The notes: generated from the letters alone by a model not told the origin. 64,000 nt of DNA from an uncultured Actinomycetota bacterium (GCA_963743915.1 CAVURN010000001.1:832001-896000), one strand, 5' to 3'; shown: positions 31,925-42,838, counted from the stretch's first letter. Numbers and translations are program-made.

Positions 31925-33514
31925 GTGGACGATCTCGATCGCTCCGCGTACCCGGAACCACCGCTGCTGCTCCGAGGCCTCGACCCCGCCCAGGCGTGGA
32001 AGCTGCTCTCACGCTCATCGAGTCAGATGCCCGCGGTGCCGTACATCGACGTGCCGGACGAGGGTCTGACGCTGTACGTCGGCCCGCAGGCCAAGTCCCT
32101 GCTCGGCATGGCCCCGGACGACATCGCCAACCTGGAGCCGGGACCAGATCGTCGACCACCTGCACCCGGACGACCGTGAGCGTGCCCTCCGGGAGACGGC
32201 ACGGCTGATGGCGGCCGGTGGCGGGTCGCAGGAGTGGCGTTTCATCCGGCCGGACACCGGGGAGACGCTCTGGATCGAGGAGCGCCTGGCAGCGCGGAGG
32301 TCGACGGTCGACCGGTGTCGCCCGGTCTTCTCGTCGACATCACACCGCAGAAGCAGCAGGAGGAGGAGATAGCCAGCTACGTGAAGGCGCTCGAACGCGT
32401 CAACCTGATCTCCAAGACCTTCACCGAGCTGGTCGTCGGCAGCGGTGATGTCACGGCGATCCTCGACCTGCTCGCTGAGCTCGTCGACTGCTCCGTGGTC
32501 CTGACGGACGCGACGGGCAACTCCACCGCGCGGGCAGGTCGCCCGGAACCGAGCGACCACGAGGTGAGGCTCGAGCGCGAGGTGCGGCTCCGGGGCGAGG
32601 GCTGGGGCCGGCTGATGGTGACGTTCGATCGTCCCATCGAGACGGCTGACGAGATCGCCGTGGACCGTGCTGCGACCGCCGTGGCCCTCGCCCTGTTGCT
32701 TGAGCGTGAGGCACACCTCGTGGAGGAGGCCGCCCGCGCAGCGCTCGTCAACGACGTGGTGATGGAGCGCATCACGAGCGGTCGAGAGTTCCGACGTCGA
32801 GCACGAGCGCTCGGGGTCGACCTGGGACGTCGCCCGCTCCGCGTGCTGGTGGCCGAACCAGTCGCAACTGGCGGCCGGCAGGACAGCAGACGCGCGCGCA
32901 GCCAACGGCGACTCCGCGAACAGCTCGAACGGGACCTCGTCGCCTGTGGCTGCACCGCACTGGTCGGATCGGAGGGGGACCGTGTGGTGGGCGTGGCGGC
33001 CGTCCGTGGCGACCTGAGCCGGTCCGAGCTCGACGCCGTCGTGACGGCGCCTGCGGCGCGGATCGGCATCAGCGAGCTGGTCCACGGTGATGACCTGTTG
33101 CGCGCGTACCAGCATGCCGTCGATGCGGTGGAGCATGCGGCGCGCCGGCTGCCGGACGGCGGATCCGGCACCGTGGTCCACTTCGACGACCTCGGGCTCT
33201 CCCATCTGCTGTCGCGGCTCGCCGACGGCCCCGAACTGGCCCGGTTCGTGGAGAGCGAGCTGGGCAGCCTGGTGCAGCACGACCGCACCCACGGCGCGAA
33301 CCTGCTGGCCACGCTCTCGGCCTACCTGGCCGAGAACGCGTCCAAGACGGCGACGGCCAAGCGGCTCGGCGTCGAGCGCCGGACCGTGTACTACCGGCTG
33401 GACCGCATCGGCGCCCTGCTCGGCCGCAATCTCGACGACCCGGAGGCTCGACTCCGTCTCGATGTCGCGCTGCGGGGCTGGGAGGTCGTGCAGCACCTCG
33501 GAGGAGACGACTAG
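31925..33514 (+). CDS. PAS-domain PucR/CdaR-family regulator (frameshifts in the N-terminus)
   Basis: PAS fragments (HPDDRE, WRFIRPD), C-terminal LLATLSAYL...TAKRLGVERRTVYYRL. Confidence 0.82.
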
Positions 33515-33535
33515 CGAGCCCGTGCGGCCACCTCG

Positions 33536-34117
33536 TCAGAGCCGGGTGGCGTCACCCCGTCGGTAGCGAAGCGCGAAGTAGACATGACCCGCCACCGCCA
33601 GGGTGAGGGCGAACGCGGTCCAGTCGTGCACCCAGGTGGCGTCCGTGCGGGTCTGGGTCGGCGCCGACCACAGCCAGCCGACCATGATCGTTCCCGTGCC
33701 GATGAGGACGACGAGTGCCCCCATCGTCAGCGCCGCGTTCAGCTTCTGTCCGGCGTTGAAGCGATGGACGGGGATGCGTCCGCTCCTGCGGTCGCGGGCC
33801 CGCAGCCACTCGACGTCTTGGTCGGTCCACGCCTCGAGCCGCACGACGTCGGCGCGGAAACGGGTCGAGAGCAGCCCGAGTGCGAGAGGGACGGGGGCCA
33901 GCAGCCCTGCAGCCAGGTGCACGGTGCGCAGCAGGTCTCGGCGCCCGACCGCCACAGAGAGCGGGTCCACCCACATCACCACTGCCGTCGCGATGCCGAC
34001 CCCCACCAACGCGGCGAACGAGGCGTGGACCACCACCTCGGCCCGGGAGAAGCGGCGCTCAGGCGATCGGGTCGTCGCTGCGGCCGTTGGACGCCCCGAC
34101 GTAGGCATCGACGTCAT
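33536..34117 (-). CDS. Cytochrome b/b6 (FdnI-like) membrane subunit
   Basis: Heme-ligand His in TM helices; FNAGQKLN; WVHDW. Confidence 0.82.
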   Translation of the reverse strand: MTSMPTSGRPTAAATTRSPERRFSRAEVVVHASFAALVGVGIATAVVMWVDPLSVAVGRRDLLRTVHLAAGLLAPVPLALGLLSTRFRADVVRLEAWTDQDVEWLRARDRRSGRIPVHRFNAGQKLNAALTMGALVVLIGTGTIMVGWLWSAPTQTRTDATWVHDWTAFALTLAVAGHVYFALRYRRGDATRL

Positions 34118-34787
34118 ATCCGCGCTCCTCCCAGTAGCCCGGGTCCACCGCGTCCACGAGCTCGATGCGGCTCAACCACTTGAGTGACTTGTACCCGTAC
34201 ATCGGAACAACGACCAGTCGGACCGGGCCCCCGTGCGCCTGCGTGACCACGTCCCCGTCGAGGTGGGTCGCGACGAGCACCTCGTCGTCGAGCGCCTGCT
34301 CCAGCGTCAGGGACTCGGTGTAGACGCCGTCGTGCGAGTGGAATGTGACCGCTCGGGCGCTGTCATCGATTCCGGCTTCGGCAAGCAGGTCGCGCAGCTG
34401 CACGCCCTCCCACATCACGTCGTCCACCCTCCATCCCGTGACGCACTGGAAGTCGCGCGTCCACTGGGTGCGCGGCAGGGCGCGCAGGTCGTCCCAGGAG
34501 AACGTCATGGGCCGGTCGACCAGGCCGTCGAGGCGCAGCGTGTAGTCGGCCGTGGTCAGGACGGGCTGCTCCGCGGTCACCGAGTAGTAGCGCCACCCAC
34601 CTTCGCCCGGTACCAGGTCGGTGAGACCCGTGGGGTCCGCCCGGCGCACGGGGGCGAGCACGGCGTCGATGCCTTGCTGCAGCGGTCGGCCGAGCACGAC
34701 GCCGAGGGCTCCGAGGGCCGCGACGGACAGCACGATGCGGCGTCCGACCGGTCGGGTCGCCGGCGCTGGGTCGGGGCTCTCACTCAC
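34059..34787 (-). CDS. Molybdopterin-dependent oxidoreductase (sulfite-oxidase/YuiH type)
   Basis: DFQCVTGW, HGGPVRL, YGYKSLKW, GYWEERGY. Confidence 0.9.
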   Translation of the reverse strand: MSESPDPAPATRPVGRRIVLSVAALGALGVVLGRPLQQGIDAVLAPVRRADPTGLTDLVPGEGGWRYYSVTAEQPVLTTADYTLRLDGLVDRPMTFSWDDLRALPRTQWTRDFQCVTGWRVDDVMWEGVQLRDLLAEAGIDDSARAVTFHSHDGVYTESLTLEQALDDEVLVATHLDGDVVTQAHGGPVRLVVVPMYGYKSLKWLSRIELVDAVDPGYWEERGYDVDAYVGASNGRSDDPIA

Positions 34788-34935
34788 GTGTCCAGCATGA
34801 GCCGCCAGTGCCCGCCCGGCCACTCCGACATCCTTACGAGTCGATGATGTCCACAGCCGGCTCGGTGCCGGTTCGTCCACAGATGGGAGGCCGGACGCCC
34901 CAGGACGAGGTCCGGCTGCGGCACGGTCTCGCCCC

Positions 34936-36049
34936 ATGAGCCTTCCGACGCCGGCCGGCGACCCGGCCCCAGCCCCCGCCCTCAGCAGCGATCCCTGCTG
35001 CACCGGTCCCCACGCTCCGCGCCAGCGGCCCTGGCGAGGTCCTGCAGGTGGTCCCGTACCTGCTCGGGTTCCGTCCCGAGGAGAGCGTGGTCCTGATCGC
35101 CCTGCGGGGCCGCCGCATCGCGGTCTCTGCCCGGTACGACCTCGAGGCACCCCCGGAGATGGCCGTCCCCTGGATGGTCGCCGCGGCCCGGGAGGGGGCG
35201 ACCTCCGTCCTCGTCGCCGTGTACAGCGCCCTCCTGGACGGCCCGCCGCTCGCCCACCGGGAGCACGCGGACCGGCTCGCCGAGCTGGCGGCCGAACGTG
35301 AGCTGACCGTCACCGATCGCCTCGCGGTGGGGGCGGACCGCTGGTGGTCCTACGACTGCTCCAACCCGCACTGCTGTCCGCCCGAGGGCACCCCTGTCGA
35401 CCCGACCGGTGCGGTGGCCGTCGGTGCGGTGGCCGAGGGTCTGGTGTCCCTGCCTCGGCGCTCCGATCTCGAGGCCGAGCTCGCACCGCTTCCCGTCCGG
35501 GTCGCCGAGGTGTCCGGTGCGCTCGACCGGGCGGACGAGGACACGCCGGTCGACCTGAGCCCCGAGGACCTTCGCGCCCGCGACTGGGCGACGGTGCGTC
35601 GGTTCGTCCGGGAGAGCGAGCGACGCCAGGGGCCGATTCCCGCGGAGGAGGCCGCAGCGGTGCTCTGGGCGCTGCTCGACCTGCACGTGCGGGACGCGAC
35701 GCTCGGCTACCTCGTCGACCGCCCCAAGCCCGAGGTGACCGGTGCCTGGCGCGAGCTGGTCAACGTCGCACCCCCGTTGTGGCGCGCACCGGTCGCCACG
35801 CTGTACGCCTTCTGGTGCTATGCCGCCGGACAGGGCGCTCGCACGAACGTGGGGATCGAGGTCGCCCTCGCGGCCGATCCGGACTACTCCATGGCCCATC
35901 TGCTCGACCAGCTGGTCGCGTCCGGCGTCAACCCGCTCCGGTTCATCCCCGACCTCGCCAAGGAGTGCCGACCCATCGCCCGGCGGATCGAACGGAGACG
36001 ACCACCGGGCGGACGGGGAAAGGCTCGACGCGGGAGGGCAGACGGGTGA
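34936..36049 (+). CDS. DUF4192 protein (frameshift near 35000)
   Basis: VPYLLGFRPEESVV, RWWSYDC...CCPPEG, ADPDYSMA. Confidence 0.87.
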
Positions 36050-36074
36050 TGCCCGCTGGCGGTAGCGTTCGCCC

Positions 36075-36380
36075 GTGGCCGAGCAGTGGACGCTTCTCAC
36101 CAACCACGGTCGGGTCCTCCTCATCCTGGCGAGCGACCCGGACGTGCGGCTCCGCGACGTCGCGGCGTCCGTCGGCATCACCGAGCGGTCGGTGCAGATG
36201 ATCGTGGCCGACCTCGAGGACGCCGGCTACATCACGCGCGAGCGGCGCGGTCGACGCAACCACTACGTGGTGCACTCCGACATGAGCTTTCGCCACCCCC
36301 ACGAGGCCGAGCACCGGGTGGGCGAGCTGATCGAGGTGTTCGGTGGCCTCAATGGCTCGCGCGGGGGCCTGGGCCGGTAG
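36075..36380 (+). CDS. Winged-helix regulator
   Basis: WTLLTNHGRVL, GITERSVQ, GRRNHY. Confidence 0.85.
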   Translation: MAEQWTLLTNHGRVLLILASDPDVRLRDVAASVGITERSVQMIVADLEDAGYITRERRGRRNHYVVHSDMSFRHPHEAEHRVGELIEVFGGLNGSRGGLGR

Positions 36381-36514
36381 CACCTCCGTGCTCGGCCCGG
36401 CACGAAGGGTGACGTCGCTGGTCCGTCCGGGGTCGCACCCTGTGGATCATCGGCCCCCGGCCCCCAGCAGCCCCTAACCTCCCGGCCAGACCCGCGCATC
36501 CAGGGGAGGTGCTC

Positions 36515-37379
36515 ATGCGTTCGGCCATCGTCACCGCTGTCGGGGGAGTCGCCATCCTGACACTCGCCGCCGGCGTCCTGGCCCTCACCGGCGGAGCGTC
36601 AGCGGCCGAGCCGTGCGAGGGGGCGGACTGTGAGGTGGTCCCCGATCCCGACGAGGCTGCGTACGTGGGCAGCGGGGGGCTGCTTCTTCCCGCCGACTCC
36701 TTCACCGGGAGCGCGCAGGACCGGGCAGATGCCGCCACCTGCGAGGGGTGCCGCTGGGCCCTGGTGCCCATGTGCCGTGGCCCGGGGCAGGGGGGCGGGG
36801 TCGCCTGCGGGCCCGCTGCCACGTCCTGCCCGCCGGGGGAGTTCCGTCGCATCGTGCTGCTCCTGCGGCCGGGGGACGCCGACTGGCGCGAGGTCGGGCT
36901 GGTCTGCCTGGTCGGTGGCGCCCCGACGACGGTCGACGACCTGGCTGACCGGCTCTCGGACGTGGTGGTGGAGCGGGTCCCTGCACTCCACCCGACGTTC
37001 CAGCCGCAGGGCGGCACGGTCATCGGGCTTCCGGCCGTCTTCGCCACCAACCAGCCCCGCGGTCTGGGCGAGCGCACCTTCTCGCTGGTGGGGTTCACCA
37101 TCGTGATGGACGGTCGTGCCACGTGGACGTGGGACTTCGGCGACGGCACGACGCTTCGTGAGCGACGAGCCGGGAGGCCCGTGGCCGAACGTCGACGTGG
37201 CACATGCCTACGACCGAGCGGGCGAGTACTCCGTCACCGCCGAGGCAGCCTGGGAGGCCTGGTTCACCGTCGACGGCTTGGGCCCCTGGCCGGTCGAGGG
37301 CGACCCCGTGGTGCAGGTGGCTGATCCCCTGGGCATCCGCGTGGCGCAGGCGCGGGCCGAGCTGGTGGTCGGGCCGTAG
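36515..37379 (+). CDS. Secreted Cys-rich PKD-like protein (frameshift near 37160)
   Basis: Signal peptide; WTWDFGDG; HAYDRAGEYSVT. Confidence 0.7.
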
Positions 37380-37499
37380 CGTGCTCCCAGGTGGCGCCGG
37401 GGCCGGGAGCATCGCCAGGGGGGCCGGATTGGGGTAGCGTCCGGCCAGCCGACCGATCGTCGGACCGTCCGGCCCGGCGACGCTGCCGAGGAGGTTTGC

Positions 37500-37904
37500 A
37501 TGGGGACGATCGTCGTGGGCTACGTGCCGAGCCCGGAGGGCGAGGCGGCGCTCGACCGTGCGGTCGACGAGGCCAGGCTCCGCGGCAGCAGCCTGCTCGT
37601 GGTCAACTCCCAGCGGGGTGGCCGCACCGCCGACTACCACGAGCTGGCCCTCACCGACGAGCAGGTCGAGGCCATCCATGCCCGCCTGCACGACGCCGGT
37701 GTGGAGCACGACGTCCGTGGCCTGGTGCGAGGCAACGACCCGGCCGACGACCTGGTGGGCATCGCCGACGAGGTGGGCGCCGAGATGATCGTGATCGGCC
37801 TGAGGCGGCGGACGCCGGTCGGCAAGCTGATCATGGGGAGCAACGCGCAGCGGATCCTGCTGGACGCCAGCTGTCCGGTCCTCGCGGTCAAGAAGGCCGA
37901 CTGA
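37500..37904 (+). CDS. Universal stress protein
   Basis: IVVGY, IVIGLRRR...MGSNAQRILLDASCPVL. Confidence 0.92.
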   Translation: MGTIVVGYVPSPEGEAALDRAVDEARLRGSSLLVVNSQRGGRTADYHELALTDEQVEAIHARLHDAGVEHDVRGLVRGNDPADDLVGIADEVGAEMIVIGLRRRTPVGKLIMGSNAQRILLDASCPVLAVKKAD

Positions 37905-38097
37905 CCCGCACGTCCAGGCGTCACGGCGGGGGAAGAGCAGGCGGACCACCAGCGTTGACTACAATGTCATCTGCTGCACCACACGACGTCCGGCCCTCGG
38001 GGCCGCATCGCAACCCCGGCAGCAGCGGAAACCTGTACCCCACGTCCTGCGTCCCCGCTTGACGGCTGTCCGCACCGGCAAGGAGGCACCCGCTCCT

Positions 38098-39551
38098 ATG
38101 AGCGCTGCTCGCTCGACCACCGCCAAGAAGGCCCCGGCCAAGAAGGCGGCCCCGAAGTCCAAGACCACGGCGAAGCCCTCTGCCAAGAGTGCCGCCACGG
38201 CTGCCAAGAAGCCCGGCAAGGCGGCCGTGAAGAAGGCGACGGCCAAGCCGGCGACCAAGAACGCCACCGCAAAGGCGACCGCCAAGAAGACGGCTGCGAA
38301 GAAGCCCGCCAAGGCAGCCGTGAAGAAGGCTCCGGCCAAGGCCGCGTGAAGAAGGCCCCCGCCAAGGCGCCAGTCAAGCAGTCCGCCGCGAAGAAGGACG
38401 AGCCGGCGAAGAAGACGTCCTCCAAGAAGACCGCCGGCAAGGCAGCTGCCACGACAGCCGCCCCGGCGAAGGGTGCCGGAGCCGGCGAGGCACTGGTCGA
38501 GATCCCTGTCGCCGATGACGGTCTGCCGGTCAGTGACGAGGAGATCGCCGAGGAGCTGGCGAAGGAGCCGGAGGAGCAGGGTTTCGTCATCTCGCACCGC
38601 GACGAGTCCGACGAGCCCGTCCAGCAGGTGACCGTCGCCGGCGCCACGGCCGACCCGGTCAAGGACTACCTCAAGCAGATCGGAAAGGTCGCCCTGCTCA
38701 ACGCCGAGCAGGAGGTCGAGCTTGCCAAGCGCATCGAGGCCGGACTGTTCGCGGAAGAGAAGCTGAACGGCACCAAGAAGCTGTCGGCGAAGATGCACCG
38801 TGAGCTCGAGTGGATCGCCGAGGACGGTCGTCGCGCCAAGGACCACCTGCTCGAGGCGAACCTTCGCCTGGTCGTCTCGCTGGCCAAGCGCTACACCGGA
38901 CGCGGCATGCTCTTCCTCGACCTCATCCAGGAGGGCAACCTCGGCCTGATCCGCGCCGTCGAGAAGTTCGACTACACCAAGGGCTACAAGTTCTCGACGT
39001 ACGCGACCTGGTGGATCCGTCAGGCGATCACGCGCGCCATGGCCGACCAGGCCCGCACCATTCGTATCCCGGTGCACATGGTCGAGGTCATCAACAAGCT
39101 CGCCCGTGTCCAGCGCCAGATGCTGCAGGACCTCGGCCGCGAGCCGACGCCCGAGGAGCTCGCCAAGGAGCTCGACATGACGCCGGAGAAGGTCGTCGAG
39201 GTGCAGAAGTACGGCCGCGAGCCGATCTCGCTGCATACGCCTCTCGGCGAGGACGGTGACAGTGAGTTCGGTGACCTCATCGAGGACTCCGAGGCTGTCG
39301 TTCCCGCGGACGCCGTGTCCTTCACGCTGCTTCAGGAGCAGCTGCACGCGGTGCTCGACACGCTGTCGGACCGTGAGGCAGGCGTGGTGTCGATGCGGTT
39401 CGGGCTCACCGACGGACAGCCGAAGACGCTCGACGAGATCGGCAAGGTCTACGGCGTGACTCGTGAGCGCATCCGTCAGATAGAGAGCAAGACGATGAGC
39501 AAGCTCCGTCACCCGAGCCGCTCTCAGGTTCTGCGCGACTATCTGGACTAA
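38098..39551 (+). CDS. sigA: Principal sigma factor (SigA/HrdB/RpoD) with Lys/Ala-rich N-terminus (frameshift near 38346)
   Basis: [57 protein letters not shown]; AAGGAGG RBS. Confidence 0.95.
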
Positions 39552-39639
39552 GGAAATTCAGAGAAGACTGTAGAAACCTAGACAGAATATGGGCTTTCGA
39601 CGTTCTCTGGGTTGTGACTTGACGGGCACAGCGCTCTCA

Positions 39640-40074
39640 GTCATCTCCTGGGGTCAGGAGTCCATGTCGACGACGACAGTGCCGAGCGCGTCTTGGACCT
39701 GTGGTCCAAGAGCGAGGCAGCTTCATGGACAGAGGGAGTGAGCCTGCCCACCGAGGAGGGCGGAGCGGTGTACGCCGAGGGCGGCGTGCCCTTGTGATCA
39801 CCAACCGCTATGAGCAAGATCCCAAGGTGCGCGAGGCGTGCATCGCGCACCACGGCACAACCTGCACCGTGTGTGGGTTCGACTTCGAAGCCGCCTACGG
39901 GGAGCGGGAGCCGGATTCATCGAGGTGCACCACCTGGTCCCGCTGTCCGAGCTGGACGGCACCACCGAGGTCGACCCGGTCACCAACATGCGACCGCTCT
40001 GCAGCAACTGCCACTCGATGATCCATCGCGGCGACCTGATCAGCCCCGACGAGCTCAAGAAGCTCCTGCTCTGA
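39640..40074 (+). pseudogene. McrA-like HNH endonuclease, N-terminally truncated and frameshifted
   Basis: NRYEQDPKVREAC, CTVCGFDFEAAYG, FIEVHHLVPLS, PLCSNCHSMIH; no clear start; shifts near 39785 and 39905. Confidence 0.78.
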
Positions 40075-40423
40075 CCATCCGGACGGTGATCGCTCACTCC
40101 GCTGCACCTGCCAGCCCCACGTCGGTCTGGGCCACGTCCAGGGGCACCACCACGAGCACCCCGCTGAACGTGTCTGTCCCCACCAGATACGTGGTTCCGC
40201 TGTCGTGCACCATGACCCCAGTATCGCCACGGTGACTGACACCATCGGTAGACCCCGCTGAGCCAGAGGACGTAGGACCCGATACACCGCCCCAGATTCG
40301 CGGTAGCGAGGTCAACTCCCGTAAATCGGACGCCGTCCGATTTACGGCGACTTGGGTTACCTGCTCGGCGGTACTGCGAGCGCTAGCGACTGTCGATAGT
40401 TGCTGGAGAACGGGGGTTCTCAC

Positions 40424-41842
40424 ATGGACGTTCCTTGGCGAACGCTTGTCTGGGTACTGAGGGCTGGTCACTCGGCGATGCTGCTCCTGCACGATGACGG
40501 TCGCGTTCGCTGGGGCAATCGGGCCGCTCGACGGCTGTTCGCAGACGCCCGGCTCCGCACAGGTGCCTTCTCCGATCTGTTCAGCGACTCAGTCGCAGCG
40601 ACCGCGTTCCTCAATGCGGTGCGGGCCGCCCCGATCGGCTACAGCGCAGGATGGCGCACTTTGCACCGCCATCGTGATGGATGGGTTCAGGAGTTCTTCG
40701 TAGAGGCCAGCCGCATCGATGACCCCGAAGGCACCGGCATCCTGGTCACGGTGACCTCCCCTCCAGTGGAGATGCTCGAAACCGACTCGCTGACCGGCTG
40801 CCGAACTCGCCGCGCCCTGGATCGCGATCTCGCCGCGGTCAACGGGGTCGGCTGCCTGGCGTTCGCAGACCTTGACGGCATGAAATCCGTCAATGAGACC
40901 TACGGACACGTCGCAGGCGACATGGTCCTGATCCATGTCGCTGACCGGCTGCGTCGCAGCCTTGCCGGTGAAGGAGCGGTCTATCGGATCGGTGGTGATG
41001 AGTTCGCCATCGTGCTGAACACGCCCGATGTGAAAGTTGCGAACAATCAGGTGCGGGCAGCCCTTCACGAGATGTCCCAGCCGGTGGAGGTCCAGCCTGG
41101 GATAGAGAAGGTCATCACAGCAGGGGTGGGAATCGTTTCCCTGGAGTCAAAGTCACGCATCGAAGCCATGCGTGAGGCAGACATCGCGCTGTATCACGGC
41201 AAGGCCCATGGGCCCAACACCGTGGTGGTCGGGAGTGATCTGCCGGAATGGGCCCGTGACCGCAGGTCGCTTGTCCTGACTGCGGCGAATCTGGCCGAGG
41301 AGCGCGATCGCCTCGCCGAACTGGCCCGAACCGACCCGCTCACCGAGCTGGCCAACCGTCTGGCGCTCAACGAGGATTCGTTCCGCTTGTTCACCACAAG
41401 CCGACGCAACGGCCGACCGTACTCGGTGCTCTTCGTCGACATTGACCTCTTCCACCACTACAACAAGAACCACGGCGATGCAGCAGGCGACAAGGCGCTC
41501 ATCGAGGTGGGCAGGATCATGCAGTCGGTCTGTCGATCGGAAGATCGTGTCTTCCGCAAAGGCGGCGAGGAGTTCATCGTGCTGCTTCCTGAGACTAGCC
41601 TCGCCGAGGCCGCCGCAATCGCAGAGCGTCTACGTCTTGCGGTGTTCGAGCGACAGATTCCGCATGAGAAGCGCCCAGACGGCGCGGAGATTCTCACGGT
41701 GGTCGTAGGCGTCGCCGAGAGCGAAGAAGCCGACCAGAAACCAGAGCAAGTGTGGGAGCGGGCTGCTGCCCCACTGATGGCGGTCAAGCGCGACCCAGCC
41801 GCCCCGAGGAACTGCGTCCGAGTTCACGGCGTTCAGGGGTAG
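40424..41842 (+). CDS. PAS plus tandem GGDEF-GGDEF diguanylate cyclase-like protein
   Basis: PAS-like N-terminus; TDSLTG...RIGGDEF; helical linker; TDPLT...RSEDRVFRKGGEEF. Confidence 0.88.
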   Translation: MDVPWRTLVWVLRAGHSAMLLLHDDGRVRWGNRAARRLFADARLRTGAFSDLFSDSVAATAFLNAVRAAPIGYSAGWRTLHRHRDGWVQEFFVEASRIDDPEGTGILVTVTSPPVEMLETDSLTGCRTRRALDRDLAAVNGVGCLAFADLDGMKSVNETYGHVAGDMVLIHVADRLRRSLAGEGAVYRIGGDEFAIVLNTPDVKVANNQVRAALHEMSQPVEVQPGIEKVITAGVGIVSLESKSRIEAMREADIALYHGKAHGPNTVVVGSDLPEWARDRRSLVLTAANLAEERDRLAELARTDPLTELANRLALNEDSFRLFTTSRRNGRPYSVLFVDIDLFHHYNKNHGDAAGDKALIEVGRIMQSVCRSEDRVFRKGGEEFIVLLPETSLAEAAAIAERLRLAVFERQIPHEKRPDGAEILTVVVGVAESEEADQKPEQVWERAAAPLMAVKRDPAAPRNCVRVHGVQG

Positions 41843-41859
41843 CAGTGGGATCAGAGCAC

Positions 41860-42129
41860 ATGTGGGCGTATGAGTGTCCCGTCCATTGCCGAAGGGGATG
41901 TCACTCCGCGTATCGAGGCTGTGGTGGACCCACCTACGGGCTCGTGTTCGACAAGATCCCGGGTCAAGGCGTGGTCAGTTACACAGTCTGCAAAGCGCAC
42001 TACGGTCCAGGCATCGTCCGAGTGACCCCCGTTGAACCGTGGTACGACAACAAGCGCATCTATGACCGGCCCGGACCGAAGACGTGCGAATGCTCGAACC
42101 CGGACGAGTTCGCCCGAGGCCGTTACTGA
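41860..42129 (+). CDS. Cys/His-rich hypothetical protein A (89 aa), putative zinc-binding
   Basis: CPVHC-x10-C-x22-CxxH...TCEC; starts 17 nt after the cyclase stop. Confidence 0.65.
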   Translation: MWAYECPVHCRRGCHSAYRGCGGPTYGLVFDKIPGQGVVSYTVCKAHYGPGIVRVTPVEPWYDNKRIYDRPGPKTCECSNPDEFARGRY

Positions 42130-42581
42130 TGGCCGAGATCGACGACGAGGCCTGCCCCATCCATTGCTCCGGAGGGATCATTAAATGCCGCCGCCCACCC
42201 GTCGCCACAGGCATCGGACCCGGCATTGGTTCAGGCTCCGCTTCTCGCTCTCTATGTGCCAACCACGTGAAGGGATGGTTACGCGCCATTCGACGAGGAC
42301 GGGACTATCGAACGATCTGGGGGTGGCTTTCGTGGCCAGGCTGGCAGGCAAGCGATGAGACGTGGGTTGTCTGGGGGATCATCCATTGCGACACCTGCTG
42401 CTGCGACCGGTCCAACCTTCCGCTGCTTCGCGGCCCGATCGTGCCATGGGAACGACCCGGCACTCCGTACGAGGGCGTGCGGCAGGGAAAGATTGAGGTT
42501 GGCGTGCTCGGGGACAGGCCTGACGGTAGGCGCGGACTATGCGAGCCGGGAAGAGTGCCCTATCCACCGCCGGTGGGGTGA
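42129..42581 (+). CDS. Cys/His-rich hypothetical protein B (150 aa), apparent paralog of A
   Basis: CPIHC-x6-C-x22-CxxH...TCCC; TGATG overlap with A. Confidence 0.65.
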   Translation: MAEIDDEACPIHCSGGIIKCRRPPVATGIGPGIGSGSASRSLCANHVKGWLRAIRRGRDYRTIWGWLSWPGWQASDETWVVWGIIHCDTCCCDRSNLPLLRGPIVPWERPGTPYEGVRQGKIEVGVLGDRPDGRRGLCEPGRVPYPPPVG

Positions 42582-42838
42582 ATGGGGGCGCGTTGGCGCC
42601 GCAACGAAAGGGGGGGTGATGCACCGAGAGATGAAGCGCCCCGAGTCCTTCTCCGAGATTGCCGACGATTGGTCGGCGATCTGTTGGCATATCTCAGGTG
42701 TACCTGCCTATCGCCATCCGGTGGGAACGAACTCCGCTACTAAGGAAGAGGAAGCCAGGAAGGCAGGGCGTTCTCCTACCATTGCCATCTCAGGCAGACC
42801 GTGACGACCGTACTCACCCACCGACCAGGGGAGATGTC

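Noticed and set aside
38098-38470. Histone H1-like PAKK-repeat protein
   Set aside because: It is the known Lys/Ala-rich disordered N-terminus of actinobacterial SigA/HrdB, split by an indel.
40094-40400. Minus-strand ORF inside the island
   Set aside because: Ambiguous frame, no RBS or motif, and its track start overlaps the cyclase gene. It may be a gene remnant but is unsupported.
42619-42804. Short ORF MHREMKRPESF... between protein B and the TM protein
   Set aside because: Has a G-rich upstream stretch but atypical codons and no motif; insufficient support.
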